From: Catajapyx aquilonaris
Taxonomy: Eukaryota
Direction: 5' to 3'
NCBI GenBank assembly: GCA_000934665.2
Contig: JYFJ02001594.1
Span: 1-64,000, forward strand
Length of the DNA: 64,000 bases
The notes under the pieces: generated by a model
The model's input: only the letters and a program-made list of their open reading frames with translations
What the model was told of the DNA's origin: nothing
The model's database searches: none
Translations under genes and position numbers: made by a program
Part shown: positions 50,601 through 61,510 of the stretch, one piece after another
How positions within the stretch are numbered: position 1 is the stretch's first letter
Layout: each line of letters starts with the position of its first letter

Positions 50601-53600
50601 TTCTGACACTCCTGCATCTCCTCCGACGGCTTCGTGAGGAAATTGCGGATCAAGTTCCAGAATAAGTTACCCTTTGTGTCGCCTTGCTTGAAGTCGAACA
50701 TTCCTGGTCCGTCGACTGTACCGGCAGCGAAACTATATCCGAGAGCTGGCTTGCAAGTGGGACCCTGCAAAAGTAATATCACAGGCCATTAGGACATGTC
50801 TGGTACGTGGGAGTATTATAGAGAGGCATGGTCTGAATCACCTCTTAGGATCACCTTTGATGGTAATGTAATTAGATTCAGTGCATTGAAGGAGATTAAG
50901 GTCATCATCGGAGGTATGCCCGAAATTGTGTCGCATTAGGCATACGTTCCATGAGGAGACTTGAATACAATGAGGGAACAATGGTCCTTAGAGAGATATC
51001 GTGTAGCAAAGAGGGTCGTGCATGTGAATGGCCCTTAAATTCCATGTATTCATAATTGTACCGTTTAATCGACCCAAAGTATTAAACTTTTTAAAGTGAA
51101 TTCGAGTTGATACTTCATTGTAATCTGCCTATATTTTCAGCCGTCACTTCTTGTTAACCCGATTCTGCATTCAGTTTTGGTCAAAAATGTCCAAAACTTG
51201 CAAACTATTTTATATAGTTATGAAAGTGCACCACAAACTGTGAATGATTTTAACCACTACAATTTTGATAATGAAATCAGAAAAAAATCTGGCCACATTT
51301 TAATTTTAGTTGCGCATGTTAACAAAATGTCAAACCCCAGCGTGCTGCCCCCATAACCAAAACTATCCTTTAGAAACATCAAAGCTGTTGATATATGGAA
51401 CCTACGTGGGTTGGAACAAAAATCATCTCGCGTACTTTTAATATATTCAAATACCTGACTCTTTAAAGGGTCATAAACAACAGGTAGCTCTTCCATACAG
51501 TTCTGGTTTCTTTTGTTTTCAGACACCTTTTGTTACATTTGCATAATATTTTGATAGCATTAGAAGGAACTATAGCAAATACAGTGCAACTCGTCTCTCT
51601 AAACAGCATGTACTGTACAGGGGCGTTCATCAAGTTTAAATCCCATGAAAGAAAAGAGATATACACTTACAGTCATTTTATTTTTTAATGTAGTTCCCTA
51701 TAGGATGTCCACCCAATTTTTCCTTTGTTTCGCCAGCTTCTCTATCCCCTCGAAAAAAATTCTTTCCCGAACCCACTCCAAAATCTACATACAGCGTAAA
51801 ATCAGTTTTTAAAATATTCGTCAGGACTTCTCCAACCAAAGTCCATAACCAAAATAGGGTTACCAGTAAACTAATTTACAGGTCACGAATTATTCCAATA
51901 GACATTGTTTATAATGAATTTCTCATTGTATTTTGTACAGTACCACCTGTCCGAATTAAGGCCGAGCAGCTCAGAAGCACATGAAATGTAATTATTGCGA
52001 TTAACATTAATTTTCTGACTTAATACCCTCTTGGCTATTTCTATGCCAGCTGGTTGCACCTGACAGTACTGTACAGGTATGTCAAAATAAGTTTTAATGT
52101 GTATTGGAAATTTTAAATATTTGTATTGAAGAACTTTGTCCTACATGACCATAAAAAAATTAAAACTTCACCTTGATGGTCTTTCCCGTGTATGGGTCAA
52201 CATATTCCACATACTGCTCCGTCATATCCACAAACTGATGCTTGTAGGTGACAGGTCCCGTCACAGGTTTCACATCTCCGTTGTACAAGTCCTGCAATAA
52301 TAATCACCACCTCCTTCAGAGAAACTGGCGCCTTCAGTTTGAATAATCCAACAAACAGAATGGGAAAGACATATTTGCAAACCCAGGCCTTGATGAACTG
52401 TCTCTCTCCTATAATCCTGGTGCTGTCCACCATGTCCTTTCCTGGCCCAGATGCCACGCAGTACTCGTTCTTTCCATCGCACGTGCTTGTGTTGAAGTCG
52501 CAGGGAAGGCCTGTGTCTTGACAGTGTGGACCACGTATGTTTGGAGACACGTCGCCCAAGTTGGTCGAAGCAAAAGCAGCCACGAAAGGACCCTAAACAT
52601 AAATTTTAAAGACGGTTAAATTCCCAGGGGGAATCAAACACACTATATGGTGTAGTACACATGTGCCCAATCTAGTGTAAATATATTTTTTAAATATTTA
52701 CACTGGATTGGGCACATGTGTACACCATATTTTACGTAGGATAATATTTTTATGAATAATGATTATTCATAAAAAATTATCCTACGTAAATTCATGTAGG
52801 GCCTAATAGAAAAACAAATCCTTCTGCTAATGAGCAGCTTAGTACAAAAATTCACTGCCAGAAATGAACAACTAATGCAAAACACTTGCCATTGTGGCAA
52901 TTCCATCATTAATTACCATGTACGGTATTCGCAAATTGTGAAAATAACGCTCCTACGTTATGACTTGAATAATTTATCCATGTCTGGCGCATGTGGCTGT
53001 GTACACAGAGCAAGCATATAAAATATTTATAAAAAGCTGCCGGCTGCAATATTATTTTTCTGTAAGGCAATTATAGGCCCGTGGAAAGTAAAGAGCCGCT
53101 GAAAATTTTACCATGCTAATTTATAAACGAAAGCGAAATTAATCGGCTGCAAAACATTTTTGCAGGCCAAGCATAAATATGGTTCTTTGCCACATGAAAG
53201 GTATTTTGCTTATGTATTACACCCGTTGCATAAATGCAAACACTCATAGTCGATTGCACATTATTTTAATTTTTATTATTAGCGTGAAGAAAAATGGCAA
53301 CGTGGTGAATCGAGGGTCATTACACTTGTTATTGATTGTGACCCACATGTGTGCTTTATAGACGCAAATTCTATTTCGCAGCTGGCGAAAAATAAGGCGA
53401 TCCATCATCTCCATATCCTGAAAGCAGGTTTCCAACATTGCAACTCAGAATCTAAATGGTTGCAGAATTGAAAGGATAATCAGCGCACGTCTCGCTCCGG
53501 AAAATGGAAAAATTATGACAAAATATGCGTTCCGGTTCCGCTTAGCCGGACCTCAAAAGCTGCTATTCATTTTTGCCTTCTTTGAAGTCACCGAAATGGA

Positions 53601-56600
53601 ATGGAGAGGTAGAAACAGAATTTATTTTTTTTTACTGAATTTCAAAACGAACCCGTAAGCTGTTTCCGTCCGCCGATTTCAGATAATATAAAAAAAAACT
53701 GAGCCAGATATATGCCAGCTACACTCTGAATAGTATCGTACAACTAAATTCAATCTTTGCCACAATCCGCCTTTCCTTTCATTCATACATAATACAGTAT
53801 CGGAAATGATATGGGATAATAATAGAGTGAGGCCGCCTACGTATAATTGGCTCCAGGATATGCATATAGGTCTCATAAATTTAATTTGCAACCGCAAAAA
53901 AATTAAGGTCATGCTTCAGGCTACACATTTTCAAGGAAAAGTCGTGCATTCATTATATAATTATGCAGATCATATTTCACAACTACGGATGAGTTTAAAT
54001 CGGCTTTGACCTTGAAGTTGTACAGCATTAGTCGTAACAGGTAAACGCTAAGAATCATTGATTTTAATATTCCACTAATTTTAATTAATTTTAATTGCTG
54101 TAATAATTGAATTGGCTATTGAATCCGAAATATTTTCAGCCAAAACCACTCGAAATAATAATTTTCACACACATAATAAGATCTAAGTTTGCGTATGGTG
54201 ATCTTATGGAGTTAAAAGTAGGCTCTGACCTTCCCAGGAAGAGTTCCGGGGTTCATCCTGGCCTCGAAAAGCTGTGAGGCGTGACCCTTGTTATCACCAG
54301 ATATGAGCAAGTTGGTGTTATTCATGCTCGTGGGATGCACAGCGAACCAGTTGATAGTGCCTAGAGGATGACCATTTTCATCATCGAAACGAATCAAAAG
54401 CATCTCCTTGTCCGTATCGTACTTGTAACTGAAAGTAACATTTTTTGAAGTTTGTTATAGCCAGAGGTTGTGAACAAAAAAACAACTTAAATCTAATATC
54501 CGGTTGTATGGACAAAATGCTTACTTTTTACGCTCTGCTTCAGGGTTTGCCAAATAACTGGCAGGACTCCTGTTGATGCTGGCCTCCAAAAGCTCTCCCA
54601 TATTGTACGAAATTGTCCCTCGTTTCATATTGCTGTGGGCTCGTTCGATGCTCTGCAGAAAAAAATGGCAAAAACATATATGCAATTTGCAAAAAGATGC
54701 CTGAATCGTGCCCTAGAGATATTAAGTACACTTTTTAACGAACCACTTTAAACACTTTGTAGTTTTTTTGCAATATGAATATATATATTCTACAGACTCC
54801 AGGGTGTAATTAACTCTTTATGACTTTCTGTTGCAGTCAAGCTAATTAAGGCCACCCAATGCCAACATTCACCTTGATTTTCAAACAAACAATGACATCC
54901 CCATGTTTCTATCTGGCCCTTTTGTTCTGCCACAACGTCGCTATCTATCAGTTTTATGGCCAACACAAAGCTAACGAAGCTTGAACCCATAAAAAACACA
55001 TAACCAAAAAAGCATCTCCCCGGGCTACATTATCGACATTTCCATATTAAAACCCAAAATTTATTATTCCTCCCATAATCTGGCCACCGTCCAATATTCT
55101 TAGAGTCCCCCCTTTAATATAATAGAGTCCATTTGCTCTAGGGTTCAGTAACCCATGCGACTTCAATCCCCTGTCCACTAATTTGTGGCCATTGACGAAC
55201 TCACCCTGACGATTCCGGTCACGTAGGAGTTAAATGCATCCTTGATGAACCCAAGAGTGGTAACCTCCAAGAGGACGTATTGTGAGAAGCCTCCAGCTCC
55301 GGAGTGGGTGTGAATGGCACTCAAGACGACGTTATCCGCATGGTACAGGCCACCAAATTTCTTAAGACGGTTAACCACCTGTGGGAAAACTCAAATATTA
55401 GATTTCGTATAACCAGAAGTTCATCTCTGTCGTTATGAAACACCTTATACAACCTTGTGCTTCTTACAAGTTAGAAGCTGATGAAGCAAAGTCTTCTTCT
55501 TTTTTTATAAGTCTAGAACTCACAGTGAGTTACTCCAAACTTGGGAGCAATTATTTTCAAGACCCCTGAGGGTTCAAGTCAGCAATATTATACCCCAAGC
55601 AGGCATAATTTTCTTGTTTGGGAAGCATCTCAATGGATTCATGCTGTGCGTGCTTGGAATTCCGGTAGTTTTCCACCACCCACACTCAAATATCCAGCAG
55701 ACTGATGAAAGATGTGTTTTATTGTAGGTCACGTTATGTAACACTCTGTGGGATGTTACTCAATACCATAAGTTAATGTCATCAAATTGCTGGGTTATCA
55801 CCATTATTATGAAATGCAAATCTTGTCCATTTACGTCCATTTCATTGTTTGTTAATTTATATTCCTAATTTTATAAGGTGAGATTTTCGTCCCACTGCTA
55901 GTTACTGCTAGTGGGCACTATTACTGAGCACTAAGTTAGCAGCAGTAACTAGCAATGTGACCAAAATTCCACCCATAATATTTATAAATTTATTTTCCTG
56001 CTTTTATAATTATTTATTTTCCTGATTTTGTAATGATTTAGTTTCCTAATTTTAATTATTAACCAATTTTCATAATTTTAATTATTAATCAATTTTTCTC
56101 ATTTTAATTATTAGTTACTTTCCCGAATTTTATTCATTAATTTATTTCCCAATTTTATATATGTACTAATTTTCCTAATTTTTATTATTACTCGACATTC
56201 CCAATTTTTAATTGCGTATGATTTTCCCCATATTTTATTAGTCATATAAATTTATTTCACCAATCCAGGTCCTACGATATACGGACTATATCGGGATATA
56301 CGATATACTACTACACCACAAAACGTTTATATCCAACCTCAACTGGGTCAGTATCACAAAACAAACCTGTTATCACCTTGCGTGAACACAATGCAAACGC
56401 AATAGAAATTATCGCACGCGAACAGTTCCGATAAATATGAAAGGTGAATCCTGGTAATCCTGGGCTCCCAGATGATACGATACGTCAATCAAGATTAGTT
56501 ACACCATTTCCAGTTCACTTTTCTCATTTTTCTCTCTCTCTCTCTCAACTTTCGAGTGAATGAATCTGTCAGAACTTTTGGTTTCTATGGTATGCAGGGC

Positions 56601-59098
56601 GTGGGAGGCTTGCAAAAAAAACGAGAACACGTCTTCATGTCTCCTCATATGTGCTATAGGGAAAATAACCTCTGTCTGGCGACCTTGGAAATTGAGAGAG
56701 GCAGAGGGCAGCAGGGTAGGGCTGAACTGAGAGTTCAAGTATGCGTATGGTTTACGGTACCAACTTTGACGAACTTGTAGGCACTCGCTTGGAAACCTCC
56801 ATGTAATTAGATTCACGGGCAACTGAGTTTGGTTTTGTAACCTATGCCAATGTGGAATCACATGTCGCTATTAAAGCTCGGCTTTAAAGTTGGAGTGATG
56901 TAAGTCTGATCATATGTAATTATTTTGCAGTAAATATTCTTCCAGTAGAAAGTTATGTCTAGTTAACATGTTCCGAGTTGTATATTCATCATATTCGTGA
57001 AATATTGCAATATGTAGTCTATGCAGCCATTTTTGCTAAAATAAATATTGTCAGTGTCATATTGCCTGAAATCTGTCAACATATTGCTATTGTACGTAAT
57101 TATTAATAACATAATATTTAATAACTTCAGCCAAACTATAACATAATATTAATGCTGTGCTTATGGATATGGCTCGTCTGTTATGAGGCACACTGTCCAG
57201 TGCATATAAATACTATGCAGTGTATGACTGAACTAGTACGAGCTACAATTCCCTCCCAGATTCCGATGATCGTCAGCCATAATGATTTCTGTCGGTTTTT
57301 CCCCCCAAATTTTTTAAGGCGTCTGCACCAGATGTGCCACGTATGCAGATTAGGTTCGTTGGTCTGAACATCCACGTCGCTCCTTTTTTTTTTAAAAAAA
57401 AAACTACCCTTCGACTGCAAGCTGCATAACAGTCCTTGCAAAGATATGACCCACTTTCTGCCAGGATGGTAAAACTTTGAAACAAGACTCATCCCATTAT
57501 GCATACAATTAATTAATTAATTTTTTAAAAAGCATCTGGGCAATGTTTTTTGATGTTTATGGAAATTTCCTCTTGTTTTAAAAAAATCTTAAAAGAGCTC
57601 CTAGCTAATTGCATGTATATGAGGATTTCATCGCCCAAACTGATTGCATTAATCAGAAACTTGCTAATGATTATATTTTCATCCCATTTTTTTCCTCCAA
57701 TCCAGCAAAAGTTCTCCTTCAATAACACCAGAAGGGTTAGTTCATAATACTCTAAGCATGGGAATTGTCTTATTTTCGCCAGATTCTCAAGTCAGTTCAA
57801 GCCCACTATTTTAATCTGATTTCTGCGGTAATTGCACGACTCAAGTCATTGTGCAAAAATCTGGTATCCAGCTCCCATGTCACGTTTTTCACTCCGAATA
57901 TTTTCCACGGTCCATACCGTGGAAAAAACTTCCAGAGGGGGGATATACGAGTAACCTATATTCGGAATGTTTTTTCCCGCTCTCCGGATATGGTCGTCCT
58001 ATGGTCTGAAGGTTGTCCTCTTGAAAATTTGAAACGCTGCTAGAATTCCTGATGTTGCCAGCATGTCGAAATAATGCTCAATTTAAATCGCATCTATAGC
58101 AGAGCGTGCTAAAATCTAGAACTAGGTCGAGTTTTCCAAGATTTTTTTTCACGATAGTACGCAATAGTATGATCCTTATCTACATTTTCAATTTACTCTG
58201 ATCTTCACCCTTATCATCCAGACATGGCTATACATATGAGACAAGTAAGTAAATTACCTGGAGGCTACCTCTTGGATCGATCGTTGCATATCTTGCCTCA
58301 TTTAGGAGTGTTTCTAAGGAGAATAAGATGAACTGCAAGCTCTCTGATCTTCTACCAAGGGAGTTGTTGCTTTATTTGCTAGTTAATAGTGCTTGTAAAT
58401 AGTGCAGAGTATGCTGATGTAGCCCTATTATACACTCTTAACCATTTACCTTATAAATTACCTTCTATGTGGAAAATACCTTCTAAATATGGAAGGTAAG
58501 GAGAAATATAGAAGGTAAGGCCGTGCATAGAAGGCTTATACGTGCGCTTGATGTATGACGCATTAAATTCTGAACTTATAGAATCGCTTTATAAAGCCTT
58601 TAAAAAAGTGTTCCTTTATTGTGGTATATGACTTGATCCTCTCTTCCGACTTCTTGTGGTCTTTGTGAACTGCAAAGCATCTGGATTCGACGTCCTTCGT
58701 TCCCCACTCCCCCCCTCAGAGGACATATAGCTCTGAATTTGACACTCGATTCTAGGGAGCTGAGTAAATAAATAGCACTCACCTCAATCTTTACCAGTTG
58801 GTCGATCATACACATGTCCACGCTCACAAAAACGATGCGGTTCTTTCCATCGTCAACTATGAATGCCCTGGAGTATAGTCGAAAATGGATCCCTTGGGTG
58901 TGTTGAGATGGGTTTCCATAGCCCATCTGGAAGCACCAAATGTAAACACCTTTGATGTCTTAAAACTCTGCAGTTGACACTTACCATTCCGATCTCTGCG
59001 ACTGCTCCGGTGACATCTGCAATACCGGTACCGATGAGGTATTGCGATCTGGCCGTTGCGACGCAGAATCCGAAGAATAGAAGCTTATGGAGCAACAT
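41488..59098 (-). CDS. CDase: Neutral ceramidase (ASAH2/CDase family), 13 coding exons, 693 aa, signal peptide and no mucin stalk
   Basis: The exons sum to 2082 nt in frame. Hallmark motifs: HTHSG, NWFAVHPTSMNN, GDVSPN, GYSFAAGTVDGPG, PGEFSTMAGRRL, QRYEGAST, GHPRNN. Confidence 0.96.
42010..42460 (+). mobile_element. Two degenerate PLE linker fragments (about 42010-42070 and 42400-42460)
   Basis: PPVICKVWRNRNIRAVF and FVLPKTNPAALQLHNRKNWP. Confidence 0.4.
43234..43349 (-). CDS. CDase: Ceramidase coding exon 12
   Basis: VSGHPRNNPMQEGSYLTVDK...ATDSSWDT AG|gtacgt. Confidence 0.93.
43398..43504. repeat. Degenerate tandem repeat, ~26-bp unit x4, in a ceramidase intron
   Basis: Units of the form aaaaaccgttaaaaatggc(c/g)gga. 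Confidence 0.8.
43594..43761 (-). CDS. CDase: Ceramidase coding exon 11
   Basis: NSSLPTGPLP...PGVIFDSAPSGKDFGQCVLQP...ARF|gtgagt. Confidence 0.93.
46411..46506 (-). CDS. CDase: Ceramidase coding exon 10
   Basis: VQRYEGASTIYGPH...AMMK|gtacgc. Confidence 0.94.
48942..49175 (-). CDS. CDase: Ceramidase coding exon 9
   Basis: MNLPYSWHP...PGEFSTMAGRRL...YITTYEEYQ|gtaagt. Confidence 0.95.
50570..50764 (-). CDS. CDase: Ceramidase coding exon 8
   Basis: GPTCKPALGYSFAAGTVDGPG...PKPILLATGE|gtaaac. Confidence 0.95.
51400..51520 (-). mobile_element. Degenerate PLE linker fragment
   Basis: VVYDP-17aa-SNPR, the same spacing as recalled LTYHP-17aa-SDPR. Confidence 0.5.
52172..52291 (-). CDS. CDase: Ceramidase coding exon 7
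   Basis: DLYNGDVKPVTGPVTYKHQFVDM...KTIK|gtgaag. Confidence 0.9.
52383..52592 (-). CDS. CDase: Ceramidase coding exon 6 (GDVSPN)
   Basis: GPFVAAFASTNLGDVSPN...RQFIKAW|gtttgc. Confidence 0.94.
52645..52790. repeat. Two abutting near-perfect inverted repeats (52645-52730 and 52731-52790)
   Basis: The first has 37-40-bp arms with a 9-nt spacer; the second has 29-30-bp arms with a 1-nt spacer. Confidence 0.9.
54230..54428 (-). CDS. CDase: Ceramidase coding exon 5
   Basis: YKYDTDKEM...NWFAVHPTSMNNTN...LPGK|gtcaga. Confidence 0.95.
54525..54652 (-). CDS. CDase: Ceramidase coding exon 4
   Basis: SIERAHSNMKRG...INRSPASYLANPEAERK AA|gtaagc. Confidence 0.93.
55205..55378 (-). CDS. CDase: Ceramidase coding exon 3 (HTHSG zinc motif)
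   Basis: ttttcccacag|VVNRLKK...SAIHTHSGAGG...GIVR|gtgagt. Confidence 0.95.
55874..55975. repeat. Imperfect inverted repeat (MITE-like remnant), followed by an AT-rich degenerate tract to about 56260
   Basis: ggtgagattttcgtcccactgctagttactgct vs the reverse complement of agcagtaactagcaatgtgaccaaaattccacc. Confidence 0.6.
56760..56880 (-). mobile_element. Degenerate PLE linker fragment
   Basis: IPHWHRLQNQTQL vs recalled xKHWHLIQNQPLL. Confidence 0.5.
58603..58745 (-). mobile_element. Degenerate PLE linker fragment directly after the ceramidase exon 2 donor
   Basis: LCSSQRPQEVGREDQVIYHNKG vs recalled LQSSERLKEVFKEPPLVAYRRG, no gaps. Confidence 0.5.
58783..58926 (-). CDS. CDase: Ceramidase coding exon 2
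   Basis: MGYGNPSQHTQGIHFRLYSRAF...LVKIE|gtgagt. Confidence 0.95.
58985..59098 (-). CDS. CDase: Ceramidase coding exon 1 (signal peptide)
   Basis: ttttttgtag|acATG; MLLHKLLFFGFCVATARSQYLIGTGIADVTGAVAEIGM|gtaagt. The acceptor implies an upstream non-coding exon. Confidence 0.92.
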
Positions 59099-60201
59099 GT
59101 CTACAAAAAATGGCGTCATATATAGTAATATCTAAAATGGCGTCAAACGTCTAAAATTTTGAAGCAGTCTATAAGATATGATGTCCACTTTTTTGGGGTG
59201 TCTGGGAATGTGGTTTGTGAGAAGAGGGGAAGAGGGGGTTTTTGGGTCAGGATTATGTTTCACTGCGTGGTGGTACACTGGACCCCACTGACGAGAAAGT
59301 GTCCCAAGGTTACGGGCTTCTGCTCTTCTCGGGGTTTTTTTTCCTGTTCATTTACGTGGTAAGTGCTAAGTGAAAGAGTGTGTTACACATTTAGCGAGGT
59401 TGCGTAATAAGTTAGGGCTGGTTATGGCAGATTGCGATGCGAGTAAAGAGAAGCTTGTAAAATATTATTTCTTTTTGCTGTAGACCATTCCATTTACAGA
59501 AATGCAATAATGCGTTATAATATTACACCCTGCAAAACAAGCTGGTTTCGCGGAAAACATCTGTTATAACACTATAAGTGCTGAACTATAATTATTATGC
59601 AAGACCAGAAAGGATGTACTGGAAATTCCATTTCAACTTTTGGTGCAATATTCTTCGTCAGTTGTGAAATTATCCGTTATTGGAATTTGCCGCATTTTCT
59701 AGCAGGAAATCAATATACGAGCAGTATTTTAAGTGAATATCTGAAATGCTGAACGCTGAGTTCCACAATGGAATAATATTGAGATAAGGCACAGCTTCAA
59801 GCTTGAAGTTAGGCGCACTGGATCAAAGGGATTCCTATTTTCTGGCATTTTCATGCAGGAAAATGTACGCTTCTTCGCAACCATGTAGTACGTCTCAAAA
59901 GAAACATTACAAAATAAGTAACTAAACATGACTGTGGCAGTTCAACAATTCATATCCTCGAATCCATTGAAAAGTCTTGGCGATTGAAATTTTCTAATGA
60001 GCAAATAATGTCGGTTCAGTGTGAATAAAATATATTTAGCATGAATAAAATTAATCTCCTACAATCTGTATTCCCCTTTTTGTATGATCTAAATTACACT
60101 GCCTATCCCAAATTCACAAAATCAAAGTATTACAGATAATACCTGCATATGTCCTGCACATAATGGATAATGTTGATGGGCTTGGTGCCAGCTCTCAAGT
60201 G

Positions 60202-60251
60202 AGAGTTGCCTGTTGCTTTTCATAGTGCTATGAAAAGCAACAGGCAACTCT
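60202..60251. repeat. Perfect 24-bp inverted repeat with a 2-nt spacer
   Basis: agagttgcctgttgcttttcatag-tg-ctatgaaaagcaacaggcaactct. Confidence 0.95.
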
Positions 60252-61339
60252 GTAGATAAAATTCACTGAATAAGTTTTGCTATAATTTACATGTGTAATG
60301 TACGTAACAGCTACGTGCCATGCTTACACGTCAGTAGTAACACTGCTACAGTAATACTACTCCCCAGACAGGTTTACTGGCGTAAACACGTCAATCGAAA
60401 GATAACCATGTCATACTGTGATTTCGCAGCAGGATCTTATCGTCGTACATGAAAATGACAGCCGTTTAACTGCACAGTCAAAGTAAGGCTGTAAAACCCT
60501 TTGCCTATATAGCCAAAATAATAGCAACCGAAATTGTCAGGCATACAGGCTATAATTTATCCTGCATATTTTTGCGCAAGTTTGTTTCATTAGAGGAGAC
60601 ACGGTCGAGAGGAGATTATGCAACTTATACCAGTCCTTACTAAGGCCACAGAGGAAACTAGCGAGAAAACCCACTCGAATTAGGAGAGAACATCTCAAAA
60701 ATCTTTCCCTTTCTCCTAATAAGTGATGTGGCACGTAATTTATTCGCCGTGTTTCACTCTAATTATTTTTCCACTATATGACAACTATAGACACTGTACT
60801 GATATATTGCACAGGTGTTACTCGTACGGCATTTACGCATGAATAATTCCCACGTAACAGTCCCTGAAAAAGTTACTGTCTCACTGTAACACCATCTCAT
60901 TACTCTTAATGCTGTATTACTTTTGCATAACCCTGTCTATCTCTGTACAGTATGCATACAGTACATCATGATTATGTGCTTACATTTTTTGCAAATATCC
61001 TGCCGGATGACGAAGTGTACCCTGCAGCCTGTGCTCGGTTACAATTTAAAACCGAACCCTCTGGCAAACTGTGGGCTGTTTTATAGTCAATGAACGTTGC
61101 CAATATGAACCTATAAAAGTGTGAAAGCTAGCCACCGTGATTACCTACTTGGCATTCTTGTAACATGTTTTGATACTGGACAAATTTTGCAAAGAGAAGG
61201 ACATCTAATTATTTAGGAGAAACCGGTTCGCAATATTTTTTTCCCCAAAGTGATTTCTCTTACCTGCAATGTTCAAGCAACCAGCCTTGACAGTGATGGC
61301 AGGTCAAAGACTTTGTCTCTTTTTTTTCACCATGACCCT

Positions 61340-61510
61340 GAGCCTTGTCGGCCATACTTCCGTTCTTTCCTCCAAAATGTAACGGGAATATTCAAAACGT
61401 TCTCTTTTTTTATCATCTCGTCACTTTGACAGCCACCTTTGCATAATATTTTACACTCAACCTGTACCTTATGTCCAATAAGTAAGTGCAGAACCAACCT
61501 GTTATCCACC
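61340..61510 (-). mobile_element. Degenerate PLE linker fragment
   Basis: NR-15aa-KIL..QSDEMIKK...PVTFWRK vs recalled NR-15aa-KIL..QSDERLKK...PLVAFRR. Confidence 0.55.
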
